Source: Callorhinchus milii
Taxonomy: Eukaryota
NCBI RefSeq assembly: GCF_018977255.1
Contig: NW_024704742.1
Span: forward strand, 4,776,001 to 4,840,000
Reading direction: 5' to 3'
Length of the DNA stretch: 64,000 nt
Within the stretch, counting starts at the first letter, position 1, and each line of letters starts with the position of its first letter. The translations under genes were made by a program, and so were the position numbers. The notes beneath the pieces are model-generated. The model saw nothing but the letters and a program-made list of their open reading frames with translations. It ran no database searches and was not told the origin of the DNA. This document shows, in pieces, positions 24,801 through 36,942 of this stretch.

Positions 24801-25706
24801 AACAGTGAGGCCGCCATATCTAGAAATGTGATTTCAGGAGCTTGGTTTCAAACATTCCGAATATTTGCTTTTGTATCAAAGCAGATGAATCTAAAAGTCT
24901 TGCCTGAAAGCTGCTTTCTTAAAAATGTGTTCTTCTGCACGCTTTGAAGGGTAACCTCCCCCTGGATTGCTCAGCTCCGGCAAATCTGAACCATTGTTCT
25001 GTGGTGCAATGATTTATAATATCTTGAGTCGAATGTTTTATCAACAGTAACCGGTTCTGTTAGATCTGGCTCCTCCAGGTCTCCTCAAGGTCAATAAAGT
25101 CAGTCAAGCTCCAAGACACACAAGGCTTGAAGGGCGAAGTTGTTGTTGTTGTTGCAAGATGATATCTGGGCAGAGGAAGATTTGATAAGAGGTGGTGCAA
25201 CAACTACACACAGAGCTGACTTCTGTCTAAGACATAGAAATTTATGGGCGAAAGCAGAAATAGCTGAAAAGAATGCGTTAATTGAAGGAATCTGTTCCCA
25301 TTGTCCCTGCTTTACAAACTGCCATCTTTGTTTCTTCCACATCAGCCCGCAGATTGCTTGTGTCAATGGTTAACAACTGTGAATTCATCGTCCAAAATGA
25401 CGGAATGACTGAGTCAACTCACGCTGATCTGCAGCTCAATGGAGATTCTCATCTCTTACCTTCAAATGCCTTCGCGGTCCCGCCCCATCTTACCTTTGTG
25501 TCTTCGTCAAACTGTAGGAACCCAATCTCTCCCTTTGCTTAGCAGTCTGGTTCATGCTTCCGCCCTAAGGCCTGAAAATCTGAGCAAATGTGGTCCATAA
25601 TATGGTAATGTTTTTATTTATGGTATTTATCACAATGAGTTTTGCTTTTTAATCTTCTCTTCTTAGGTTTTCCTCATCTATGAATAAATAAACAAAAGTA
25701 TTTGCC

Positions 25707-25765
25707 ATGAACACCAGCCGCCAGCAGCCTTCAGTCCAAGTTGGTGAAAACAAATACATTTCCAG
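25707..25765 (+). CDS. RASSF6: RASSF6 coding exon 1 ([19 protein letters not shown]), exon begins at 25667 with 5' UTR
   Basis: Acceptor tcttctcttcttag at 25666, gccATGa start, donor AG|gtaatc; phase 2 fits the next exon. Confidence 0.85.
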
Positions 25766-28700
25766 GTAATCAGTCAAAACTTTATCATTTGTATCCTTTT
25801 GCTAATATGTGAAAGCTTTATTTTCCGCCTTTATTTTTGATTGATCAGAATGGTGGTTGAACAGCGAAACAATGTTCCATGGCTTAGAATCGATATACTT
25901 ATGTGCAAGGATCTATCTATGTTGGTATTAATATTCACAATTAAGAGCTAGGTATTAATATTGATAAATTTCAATCGATATTCCAGAGTCGTTACAGCAT
26001 TGCTCTTGTCCAATATACAACTTCAGATGCACATTATTTCTTGGTAAACATACAGTTATCAACGCCAGGGATATTTCAGTGTGAATATTGTAAGGTATCC
26101 AATATGGAAAATGTACTTTACAGTTCTGTTTCCACACTGACAGCCTCCATCAGCACCAGAACAAACTCAAAGCTACATAAAGGTGGCCATAAACTTTACA
26201 GCCAGCAGTATAAAAATATAATTTTCACCGCAACAATTACGCGTGTCATGCATGTGTGTGAATCTTTGAACCATATAATTTACAGTACAGAAGGCCGTTC
26301 GGCCCATCGTGTCAGTGCTGGCTCTTTTAAGAGCAATCCTTCAGGTCCATTTACCTGCCCTTTCCCTATACTCCTGTAGTTTACTCCATTTTAGATATCT
26401 TTCTAAATATCTATCCCATTTGAAAGCAAATATGGTCATAGGCCAAACTACCCAGCCTCGGTATCATCCGGGTAAACCTTTCCCCCCACTCTATTGCCTT
26501 GATGTCTTTTTTAAAGTAGGGAAATCGGATTTTGAGTGGGACGAAGGTAGCCTTCACCTGTGAGAAGTGTCTTGCTCTAGCTGTAGACTCCTAAGGAAAT
26601 TGAGTTTGAACCTCCTCAAGCCAGTTCCTGTGGACGTGAAACAAAATGCTTGTAAGTTGGCATTTATTCGAAGTTGAACTCACCGAGGCCTTAAGGTGAC
26701 TGGTGTTGAAGGGAAAGGGAAAATTGTTCTATGAGAACTTCATCCTTTTTATTAACGCTTTGTATGTGTGCTATGAAAGTCTCGCTTTGAAACTTTCCAA
26801 TCTATTTCCATTATTTTCAAATGGTTTAAATGGATTACGCATATTCATATAACACACACACACTATAATATATTATTTATGTTATAATATGTTAATATTT
26901 AACTTCTACAGAGCTGAGTTTTCATCATTGCTAAAAACGTACAACTGTTTTTATGAAGATAAGAAGAATTTGGAGCTGAAGGTTCATGAGGTAGGTAATC
27001 TTTGTAGATTGATTGGATATCCTGGACTATTTATTACTGAACTTCTATTAGTGGAAACATGTTCCTTTCCATGAGATAATAATAATAATAATAACAACAA
27101 TAATAATGATCCTTGAATTTGATATAGTGCCATATCACATCTTCAAGACATCTCAGAACCCTTCGCAGAACATGTTGTAGAGTGAATTGACTGTATCTTT
27201 CTTTGTTTCCAAAGGTGCCTGTTACATAAAAGTGGCATAAACTTTACAGCCAGCGGAGTAAAAATCTAGTTTTCACTACAACAATTATATGGACAAAGCG
27301 TGGCAGCTAATTGCACACAGCAGTCTCCCACAAACAGTCATGGATTGAGTGACCAAATTATTTTATTTTTTTGAAGGAATTATTATTACCCCCGGAAAAG
27401 CGATCCGCCAATCGACTAACAACCGGGTTCCTACTTACTGGTCGGTAAACAGAGGCGTGTGGAGTAAGGAAACTTGCCCAACATTTCGCCCCCTGCCCGG
27501 GAATCGAACCCAGGTCTCTCGCTTGCGAGGCGAGTGCTAAGGTGCTATGTCAATCGCAAAGAGTGTTAAACGTTATAAAATGCAAGTGTGTTTGTACTTT
27601 CGTTCTTTGAGAAGGAAGAATGTGAAAAGAATGGTATAACTTCTTGTTTAGGTTCTTTACACGTGACACTATTTCTTCTGCAGGACAAAGGAAAAATAGT
27701 CATAGAGGGGCTATTAGATATTTCATGGGGTATACACCAGCCAATAAGATTACAAATTGATGACGAGAAATTATCAGCATCACCCAGCCCGTTGCAACCT
27801 CCAACAGAACCCTTCAACAAGGCAAGGTAAGCAAATTATAGTGAAGAGAATGCAACAACCTTTCAACAGCTGTGTGCATTTTTCCTTGCCAACTTTTTCT
27901 CGTTTCAGTGGAAGCTGCTGTATTTTAACAGCCCAGAGTCCTGGCAACCTGTTCCAGTTTTTTTTACTTGTTCAGTTCCTCTGAGATGTCTCCTTTTAAG
28001 ACCGAAGAGCCCTAACTCGTCTAATCATTCCTCGTAGTTCATTCCTCTAACATTGGAGATTATCCTGTTGTTGCTCTCTTCTGTACTGCCTCCAGGGCCT
28101 GTGCTATATCCTGGATCAAAATTGTTTATAAATGTACCTTCCTCCCCACCGAACAAATAAACAAACACATACTCAGGCTTTCCTGCTAGCTGTAATATGT
28201 TAATACAAGCCCAGTAGTAAAGCCATGATTTTTTTTTGCAGTGGAATGACTCGATGGGGCGAGTTTGATGATCTGTGCAAAATTGTTGAACAGGAAGAAG
28301 AACACGAACCTTTGGAAACAGAGAAAATCCAAGACATGGGTAACTTGCCAAAAGTTCAGGGCACTATATGTTGGAAAGAGCAGAAACAAAACACATACCT
28401 GAAAGAAAGAAACACTAAATACACACCAGTTACATTTAGTTCGTCAACTGTATTGGGGGGAAAAGAATAAATGTAAGTCACGCTTTCGAGTGCTTTAATA
28501 TTATCTGTTTTGGGAGAAATTGTGGTATGTGATATAATTAGCACACTGATAACTATCACATAGACAAAATGCATATAATGCTTAAAATCTGTCTTTACGA
28601 ATAGACTGAATACCATCCCCTCCCTTCTGCAGAATGGTTTAACTCACAGTACTCTACAGGTCCACAATCTGTAGTATAGGGTATGGGGAAAAGGCAGGTA

Positions 28701-31700
28701 AATAGGACTGAAAAGATCCAGCAAAGACACAATGAGCCAAATGGCCTTTTCTGTGCTGTAAATTTCTATAACTATAGTCGGTGGGGGTGAGTGGGGGGAG
28801 GAGAGAGTCCAGTCCCAGATTTGTGGCCAAGGATAGGTTTTAAGACAATGGTTTAACTGCATGTTTTTAAATTCAAGTGATAATTGTTCCGTAACATATA
28901 GCATTCCACTCTTCCCTTCCCCCCCTCCATCTAATGATCCTACTCTATTGGAAGAGCGAATGAAAGATGCCAACCAACTGAGAAGCAGTTGGAAACCTAA
29001 CATGTAAGATTTAGAATTGAATGACGTGCAAGGCACAATTTCCTCACTGTTTCCTCTCCCCCATCTCTATTTAACCTTCAGTGTATGAGAGTAGTACGTT
29101 AAAGCCGAAACGCTATCGAGAACCAGAAAATTTCAACTTAATACGTTCCATGAGCGAAGTAGCGTTGGTGAAGATGAGAGTGAAGAGCCAAGCCAAACTT
29201 GCAGCACAGAAAGCTCAGCGCCATAGGTTTTCAATTAACGGACACTTCTACAACTATAAGGTGAGCGTGAAAAAAACAATAATTAAATTGGTCATTTTCA
29301 ATGTCTGTGGGACATTGCTGTGCGCAATTGGCTGCCGCGTTCGCCCACAAATATACAGTCAATTCACTTTACAGTGTGTTCTGTGAAGCACTTTGGGACG
29401 TCCTCCCGACGTGAAAGCGCTATATCAAATGCAAGGATTATTATTATTAAGGAGAAGTGCGATGACCCTCCACAGAGCATAACAGAGAGAGTTTGTGATG
29501 TAACGTGAGGACATGACTTGTACCTTAAAGTAGTCTTTCCAAAGCGTAAAGCAACATATCTTGTAACAAAGCTTAGTATCATCAGAAATGTTATGTTCTC
29601 CTGTAGCTCAGTGGTTGGAGCACTCGCCTTGCAAGCGAGAGACCTGGGTTCGATTCCCAGCAGGACAAAATGTTGGGGAAGTTTCCTTACTCCACACGCC
29701 TCTGTTTTCCTAGCAGTAAGTAGGAACCCAGTTGTTAGTCGATTGGCGGGATCGCTTTTCCGGGGGTAATAATTTCTTCAAAAAAAATTAATAACAATGA
29801 TAATAAATCGGCCACTTCAATCCACGACTGTTTGTGGGACGCTGCTGTGCGCAATTGGCTGCCGCGTTTTCCCCACAAAGTATACGGTCAATTCACTTTG
29901 CAGTATATTCTGTGAAGCGCTTTGAGACGTCTCGAAGACGTGATAAGGAGCTACATCAAATGCAAGGATTATTATTATCAGGTACAAATAGTTTGAACAG
30001 CTATGGACCCAGAAGAGTCTTGTTCTAGCATTAGATGGTTTGCAATTTTGATCTTCATAAAGCCAAAGTCATTACTCCAGTATTAGGGACAGAGAAACAC
30101 ATGTAACCACCAGAATTCAGCTGCTCAGTAGACGAGCAGGGATTGGTACCTACCCACCAGAACAAGAGAGGATATGATTTTTTGTATTTTAAAGAAAACG
30201 GATCCCTGTTCCCGAGAACGGGTTCTTTAACTCCCAATGTCTTATACATCTATAGTCTTGGTGCTCCAACAAAAACAGTGGTGTGAAAGCAAGCGAGGAA
30301 GACAAAGTGCCACTTAGACTAGTTCCTCGATGTAGTCTGCACCTTGTCACCTGATGATAATAAATGCCAAAGGAATTTATTTTAATGTGAAGTACTAACT
30401 CTCTTTTGTCTCTTAGAACCTGATATGTCTGCGAACAAACAGAAACCCTTGAAACCTCAGTTATTGGGAGTCTAAACATAGAATCTACTGCCATATAAAA
30501 GATAGGAAATGTTAGGAGATGCGAAACTGTTATTCACAACTCATTGCGCTTAAATGTGTTGGCAATCTGTCTCACCCTTGCTCATTATAAATCTTACTCT
30601 GCTTCTCATGTTGACAGCTCCCGAACAGCAAATGACTTCTCGCTTTCTTGACCACATTTTGCTGTGTCGGCGGATACCAGTTTACGGTGCATGTTCAGGA
30701 TGCGTTAAAACTTTGAATAATTATTGTGTGAAAATGAGCTTTCCGGTGAACATGTGAAGACTGGAACAGACATTAATTTGGGCCTCTGGGAACTATGTGA
30801 CTCGAAATTCCACCTAATCTCAGTCCTAACCTGACCATTTTGTCTTAAAGTTTGTGCAGTATTGTGGAAAAGTCTTGAATTCAAGTTTTACTTTGAAAGC
30901 CTGCCTTCTCTGCCAGTGCAAAGAGAAATTTGAAACCTTCCTTTAAATGTTTAAAGAGTTCTCAGGGTTCAGTTGGACTGCCTTCAATTGTAAACAGTAG
31001 TTAACAGAACAGGCAGCTCTTGAGAAAGATTACGTGTAATACACAGAAATTCAGAAATCAGTGATTGGAAAAAACCATTGATACATTTTATGCAAACTTC
31101 ACTTTTTAATAATGATAATTCTTGCATTTGATATAGCTCCTTATCATTGAGACATCTCAAAGTGCTTCACAGGATATCCTGTAAGCAGTGTGACTGTATT
31201 TCAAGGTTAACGCAGCAGCCAATTTGCCCAGAGCAATGTCCCACAAATAACCAAGAAGTAAATGACCAATTTATTAAATGCAGTGCAAGTGTCAAACCGG
31301 TTCCTGCAGAAGAGCTGCAGTTATGAGCTATAAATAAGAATGATCCTTAGATTTCTTATAGCACCTTTCACATCAGGAGGTGCGTCCGAAAATGCTTCAC
31401 GGTAGATACTGTACAATCTTGTATGATTTGTGGGCAATGTGGCCGGCAGTTTGTGCAAAGCAGTCCTGTAGCTCAGTGGTTAGAGCGCTCGCCTCGCAAG
31501 CAAGAGACCTGCGTTCGATTCCCGGCAGAGCGAAACCTTGGGCAAGTTTCTTTACTCCACATGCCTGATAATAATCCCTCAAGAAAAATAATAATACAAT
31601 AATAAAATTGGTCACTTCAATCCAAGACTATTCGTGGGGACACTGCTGTGTGCTCTGCTGCGTTTCACCCACAAATATACAGTCAATTCATTTTACAGTA

Positions 31701-34700
31701 TATTCTGTGATGCGCTTTGAGACGTCTCGAAGACATGAAAAGTGCTATATCAAATGCAAGGATTATTATTATAATAAAGTAAATTAAATCTCATTAAGTG
31801 GTAGCCTGACTACCTGATGTGTCAGGCTGGCCAAATCCCTTACTGTCCAGCGCCTTGGGACGTCCTCCTGACGTGAAAGGCACTCTACAAATGTAATTTG
31901 TTGTTGTTGTTGTAAACAGCATTGAGTTGAATGACCAATTTTATTTGGGGAATTGTTGGCCAGAAGCTGCCTTCTGTTTTCGAATAGTGTCATGGGATCT
32001 TTAATGTTCCACCTGAACAGGCAGATGGGGCCTCAGGAATGTGAGGACAATTGCTGGGATACCATACCGTAATTAATTGGTCGGACTTTGTTTGACGACT
32101 AACACTGAGAAACTACAGAAATTCTACAACATAGACAATTCGTTTTATCTGAATGCTGGTCCTAATAATAATAAGAATAATATAATAATCCTTGCATTTG
32201 GTGTGGTGCTTTGGACATCCCAAAGTGCTTCACAGGATCTTTTGCTGAGAAATGGAGTGACTGTGTATCTGTAGGCCAACACGCCAGCCCAATAACACAC
32301 AGCAATGTTCCACAAACAGCCATGTAACGAATGACCAATTTTATTTGGGAGATTGTTGGCCAGGACACCAGTGGAAACTCCTTTCTCTTTTTGAATAGTA
32401 CCATGTGATCTTTAACGTCCACCTTAACAGGCAGACTGCACCTTGGTTTAACGTCTCATGCGCAGGTCAACATGTCCGGCAATGTAACCCCACTCCCCCA
32501 CACCCCCCAACCCCAGCCCTAATCAGTTTAGATTATGTGAGGTCAAGTCTCGACTTGGGGCTTGAACCCACAACTTTTTTGACTCAGAGGCGAGAGTGCT
32601 ACCACTGCGCCGGGCTGGCAATGTTTCATGTGACACGCACTCATGTGATTTTGATTATCAGATTGTTGTTTATTGCAGAATATTACTGTCGTACCTTCTG
32701 TTGTAAAACGCTGGAGGAATGTAAAAATATTGGCTTTATGTTTTTGCAGACAGCTGTCTTCACGCCAACCTATGGCTCTGTGACCAATGTAAGAATCAAC
32801 AGCACAATGACAACCCAGGAAGTAATAGAGCAACTTCTACAGAAATTTAAGGTGACTTGCTTAGTTTTACCTTGTGCATGTATAGATGTTAGTAAGATAC
32901 TTGTGCTTACAGTGGCACAAACGCCAGGAGCAGATTCTAATTTGCTCCAAGACTTGGAACCCCTTACGGCTGAAATGGGATTGAGAAAGGAAAGGAACAG
33001 TATTTTTAAATGTGGCAAGGCAGCAGAACGAGAGGGCGCGTGTTTAGGGTATTTAAAGATTGGAACTGGTTACTAAGAAGAGTAGTTGAGGCCAAAACCT
33101 GGACTCATTTAAAACAGCTTGTGCTGTGATGGGTGGACTTTAGAGTTGGGTATTCTAGAATGAGATCAGATGGGTCAAAACACTTTCTTCATCTGAACGG
33201 CTCTTGTGATTTAGCAATAGCTTTTCCTGTTAAACAGCAAATATTGGTAAAAATTCTGCCTTTGTGGTAATTAGTGCCTGTGATGGTTATTGCACAGCAT
33301 GATTTAGCAACTGAATGCTCATTCAGATACAATTTTCACCCTATTCTGTACATAAATTATGACTGATAAACCAGGTGCTAATATAATATTGAGATTGCAG
33401 GAGTAGCAATAAATTCACACAATTTGGAAAAACTTAAATGTACTGAAACAACTACGTCTATGTTTTGTTTATCTTAATACAGTATTTGGCTGGTGATTCA
33501 TCCACAGCTACATAAAACATTTATGTTTGATATAGTTGAACCCGACTTCTTGATGTGATTTACAAGGGGTTCGCTGAAGACATTGCTCTTTATGTGCTTT
33601 TCTAGGGTCATTTCTACTGCTTTCCAATAAGTGCATTTTCAGCACTAACAGTCGTCAGTAGTACTATACAAAGCAATTTTGTGTGATACAATATGGGATT
33701 GAATAAAATCCATTTGATTTAGTTTGCTGTGATACATCTTCCCTTTCCCTACAGATAGAAAATGATCCTAATGAGTTTGCACTGTATGTCGTTCATGCCA
33801 CGGAAGGTAAGCTATCTAAAGGGTTTCTCCTTTTGTGTTTGGTTTGTTCTTCCTTTTAATATTGACCGTTAGAAATTACTTATCCATTTGTAGCTGGAAA
33901 CAGTAATACAAAACTAAACACCAATTGGCTCAGTAAGTAGGACACTTGCCTTTGAGTCAGAAAATTGTGCAATCCAGCCCTATATCATGAGACCTCATAG
34001 TCCAAGCTGACACTTGGTGCAGCACATGGGTGTCCGACTGATAAAAGAGGTTTTAACTGGACAATAAAGACCTCATGACACTATTCAAAAGAGAAGGATA
34101 TTGTCCTGGCCACAATCTTCCTGCTAAAATTACTCAATAACTTCATGGCTGTTTGTGGGACTTTGTTGTGCGTAAACTGATTCATTTGCCTACAAATGCA
34201 GGCTTTACATCTGACAACAATTCCATATTAAGTTATAGTGCGTTGAGGCACTATATTACATGCAAGTATTTGATATCAACTAAATTTAAGAATTTACTGC
34301 AATTTTTCTCCATCTTAAACGTTAAGACAAAATGGTCTCACAGGCTAAGACGGGATACAAGTTTAGGTCTCAAGTGAGCGGTGATATTGTTGGAGCGTGA
34401 AAGGGCAAATGTCAAAGTCACGTGTGCTACATCTCATCAAATTGTATGGATTTATGGTCTTTTACTTTACAGAAAAGAAAAGGCTTAATGATACAGCATT
34501 CCCACTCTGGGAAAGGCTGCTTCATGGACCATCAGGGAAAATTGTGAAAATATTCCTAATGGACAAGGGTGCAGAAGAAATTAGCAATGCTGTGAGGTTT
34601 TTTTTATATATGAACGTACATTTTAAAGTTTGCCATTAAGAAGGTTTTTATTCTCACTCTAGAATATTATTACTTTCAACAGGTGGCTCAGTATATCAAG

Positions 34701-35996
34701 TTTGAACCCCCACTTCTGGAAGTAATTCTACAGAAACTAAATGAGGAGGAGGACAAATACATTAGCAATATAGTTTTCAAGTAATACATTTTTAATGATT
34801 TAAAACGCGTTGTTGTCTGTTGAAACGATTGCTTGGAGTAATGTTGCAGTCATGTCACTAACAGCTGTTTGTTGCAATACTCACATTGGCTGCCGCATTC
34901 ACCTACAAAATACACCGTCTATACAATAAACCCTGTAAAGTGCTTTGAGGCATCCTCCCGACATGAAAGACTCTGAACCAAATGGTAGGATTGTTATTAT
35001 TCTAGTTTTACAGCAATGAATTTGGAGTCTAACAAAGTCTGCAAACCAGATTATTTGAGTCAATTGCAATTTCTGGGACATCATTTTGAAATATCCAGTC
35101 AACGTTCCAATACCACAAAGACCAAAACACCACAAAACATCACACCATCCTTTTTTTTTTATTTAGCCTTGACTGACTTTCAGGGTCAGAAAGTTGGCAA
35201 TTTTTGGGAGGCTTGAATCACAATCTATAAATTCATGTGACACAGCAAATGCGGTTTGCAACTGTCACTTCAATTTGCCTTTCAGCTAACGCTGCAGCTG
35301 TCGTGCAGTAAATCAACAGAGCAGAGAAACAACAGCAGCAACTTAGACTTGTGTGTCAGCCTGCCTCATGTGGTAGCGCTCTCGCCTCTGAGTCAGAAGA
35401 TTGTGAGTCAGAAGCCCCCAAGTCAGACTTGGAACTCATACTCTATTGGGGTGTGCTGCACTGGACGTTAAAGATCCCATCGCACTATTGGAAAAGAGAG
35501 GAGATTTTCTCTCTCCCAGCGTCCTGGCCAACAATCTCCAAATAAAATTGGTCACTCACTCCACCGCTGTTTGTGGGACATTGCCGTGCACAAAATTGGT
35601 TGCCCCATTTGCCCACAAAACACACAGCTACTAAACTTTACAGTATATAAAGTATAAAAATACAAATATATGATGTGATACTTATCACCAGCAATTGTCA
35701 CATCACACGTCACAATTTACAGCATCTACTTTTGGGCAGAAAATGTTTTACACTTCCCTGCTCTTTTGTTGACAAAGTTTGGATAAACTTTAAATCTTAT
35801 GCCATCGGAATCAATGTGTGAAAGCATAATCAGTAAAAGTGATATTTTTGTTATTCATTTAACGGTTAATTATAATTATTGCTTGTTTTACTAAAAAACT
35901 CCTTGTGTGATGTATTTCAGGTACAAAAGAGAAAAAAGATTTTTAGTGCAGCAACTGCGGACACGGTTGATGGTAAGGGCTGAAACCAGCGTTTAA
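25707..35996 (+). CDS. RASSF6: Ras association domain family member 6, complete spliced CDS: join(25707..25765,26912..26990,27684..27826,28242..28339,29082..29260,32750..32851,33755..33806,34473..34591,34683..34780,35921..35996), 334 aa
   Basis: Ten GT-AG bounded exons with consistent phases sum to 1005 nt ending in TAA. Translation has RASSF2/4/6 motifs ([69 protein letters not shown]) and the RASSF6-type [11 protein letters not shown] and C-terminal ETSV. Confidence 0.95.
26912..26990 (+). CDS. RASSF6: RASSF6 coding exon 2 ([26 protein letters not shown])
   Basis: ttctacag acceptor, GAG|gtaggt donor, LLKTYN motif. Confidence 0.93.
27076..27538 (-). mobile_element. tRNA-derived SINE, long subfamily, carrying a ~95-nt foreign insert
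   Basis: Tail 27076-27200, non-SINE insert ~27200-27295, body and head to 27538. Confidence 0.88.
27684..27826 (+). CDS. RASSF6: RASSF6 coding exon 3 ([29 protein letters not shown]...)
   Basis: cttctgcag acceptor, AAG|gtaagc donor, EGLLDISWG motif. Confidence 0.93.
28242..28339 (+). CDS. RASSF6: RASSF6 coding exon 4 ([14 protein letters not shown]...)
   Basis: tttttgcag acceptor, G|gtaact donor, [10 protein letters not shown] motif characteristic of RASSF6. Confidence 0.93.
29082..29260 (+). CDS. RASSF6: RASSF6 coding exon 5 (YESSTLKP...[10 protein letters not shown]...[12 protein letters not shown])
   Basis: ccttcag acceptor, AAG|gtgagc donor, SINGHFYN motif. Confidence 0.95.
29619..29978 (+). 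mobile_element. tRNA-derived SINE, long subfamily, full length (a 3'-half copy lies at 29285-29448)
   Basis: cctgtagctcagtggttggagc..gggttcgattcc head, middle segment, tail atcaaatgcaaggattattatt. Confidence 0.92.
31462..31775 (+). mobile_element. tRNA-derived SINE, short subfamily, full length
   Basis: gtcctgtagctcagtggttagagc head joined via actccacatgcctgataataatccctc to the common body and tail. Confidence 0.92.
32180..32620 (-). mobile_element. Older DeuSINE-like SINE, near full length
   Basis: Tail, shared body, Deu-like block gatctttaacgtccacc..aacaggcagac..ttggtttaacgtctcat and tRNA-like head. Further copies at about 10165-10470, 19712-20200, 24005-24330, 33925-34200, 38118-38400, 40000-40250 and 49615-49945. 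Confidence 0.8.
32750..32851 (+). CDS. RASSF6: RASSF6 coding exon 6, RA domain ([34 protein letters not shown])
   Basis: tttttgcag acceptor, AAG|gtgact donor, RA domain motif. Confidence 0.95.
33755..33806 (+). CDS. RASSF6: RASSF6 coding exon 7 ([17 protein letters not shown])
   Basis: ccctacag acceptor, G|gtaagc donor. Not in the ORF track; translated by hand. Confidence 0.93.
34473..34591 (+). CDS. RASSF6: RASSF6 coding exon 8 ([39 protein letters not shown])
   Basis: tttacag acceptor, GCT|gtgagg donor, RLLxGP..IFLMD motif. Confidence 0.94.
34683..34780 (+). CDS. RASSF6: RASSF6 coding exon 9, SARAH domain ([32 protein letters not shown])
   Basis: ttcaacag acceptor after a 91-nt intron, AA|gtaata donor. 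Confidence 0.93.
35360..35645 (+). mobile_element. Older DeuSINE-like SINE in the last RASSF6 intron
   Basis: gtgtcagcctg..ggtagcgctctcgcctctgagtcagaag head; ggacgttaaagatcccatcgcactatt block. Confidence 0.75.
35921..35996 (+). CDS. RASSF6: RASSF6 terminal coding exon ([24 protein letters not shown])
   Basis: tatttcag acceptor, phase matches, TAA at 35994-35996, class I PDZ-binding end ETSV. Confidence 0.92.
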
Positions 35997-36458
35997 AACC
36001 AGGACGTTCAATACAGGATCCAGTCTATCTGAAGGCATTAATCAGTGATCATATAAGTCTGCAGTAGTATCCCATTCCACTACTAGGATCTTACTGTTGT
36101 ACTTTCTATTCCCATTTTATTTCCCTCTCCCTTCAAATTATACAATTGTAAAATATTGTACTCTGTAACCCTTCTGTTTAATTGCACATTTCTGTTTTTG
36201 TTCACTGGATATACAGTAATTTGATTGTGTAGTTTTATATAAAGCTTGAGATTTGCATCACAATGAACATTGTAAATACAATGATGTGGAACTGTTGAGT
36301 TCCCGACACGTCCTGCTAGTTATCGTTCACTGAATTGTTCCCATGTAAAGAGTTGTAACTTGATTTGAGTTATAATAATCCTCTCATTATATTATTTTAC
36401 TGTACGGTGAGTAGTTTGATGTTTTATCAAGCTCGAGAAACACTGCGTCTTTGTTAAC

Positions 36459-36543
36459 AAAAACAGAAGTCGCTGGGAACACTCAGCAGGTTCAGGCAGT
36501 ATCTATGGAGAGAGGAAAGTGAGTTAACGTTTCAGGTCGATGA
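36459..36543 (-). mobile_element. Penelope-like element terminal fragment with half of a hammerhead ribozyme motif
   Basis: Minus strand reads tcatcgacctGAAAcgttaactc..ctctctccatagatactgcctgaacctgctgagtgttcccagc..ttctgtttt, as I recall the terminus of chondrichthyan Penelope-like repeats. Confidence 0.6.
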
Positions 36544-36568
36544 ACACAAGCTTTGAATTTATGGAACG

Positions 36569-36942
36569 AGTCCTATAGTAGTTAGAGCACTCGCCTCACA
36601 AGCAAGAGGACCTGGGTTTGATTCTCATTAGGGCAAAACATTGGGCACGTTTCCTTAATCCACACGCATCTGTTCACCTAGCAGTAAGTAGGAACCTGGT
36701 TATTAGTTGATTGGAGGATCACTTTTCCGGGGCTAATAATCCCTTTCCAAAAAATTACAATAATAACTCGGTCACTCAATCCACGACTGTTTGTGGGGAC
36801 GCTGCTGTGCGCAATTGGCTGCTGCGTTTTGCCCACAAAATACACAGTCAATTCACTTTATAGTATATTCTGTGAAGCGCTTTGAGACATCTCGAAGATG
36901 TGCTAAGGCGCTATAACAATTGCAAGGATTATTATTATTATT
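36569..36942 (+). mobile_element. tRNA-derived SINE, long subfamily, ~570 nt downstream of the RASSF6 stop
   Basis: Head, middle segment ctgttcacctagcagtaagtaggaacc, body and (ATT)n tail. Confidence 0.9.

Noticed and set aside
31462..31535. Functional tRNA gene
   Set aside because: The tRNA-like fold continues directly into SINE body and tail and recurs in many diverged copies; no oligo-T terminator after the acceptor stem.
32405..33076. 223-aa ORF as a single-exon gene
   Set aside because: Only 32750-32851 is RASSF6 coding; the flanks are SINE and intron sequence that happen to be open.
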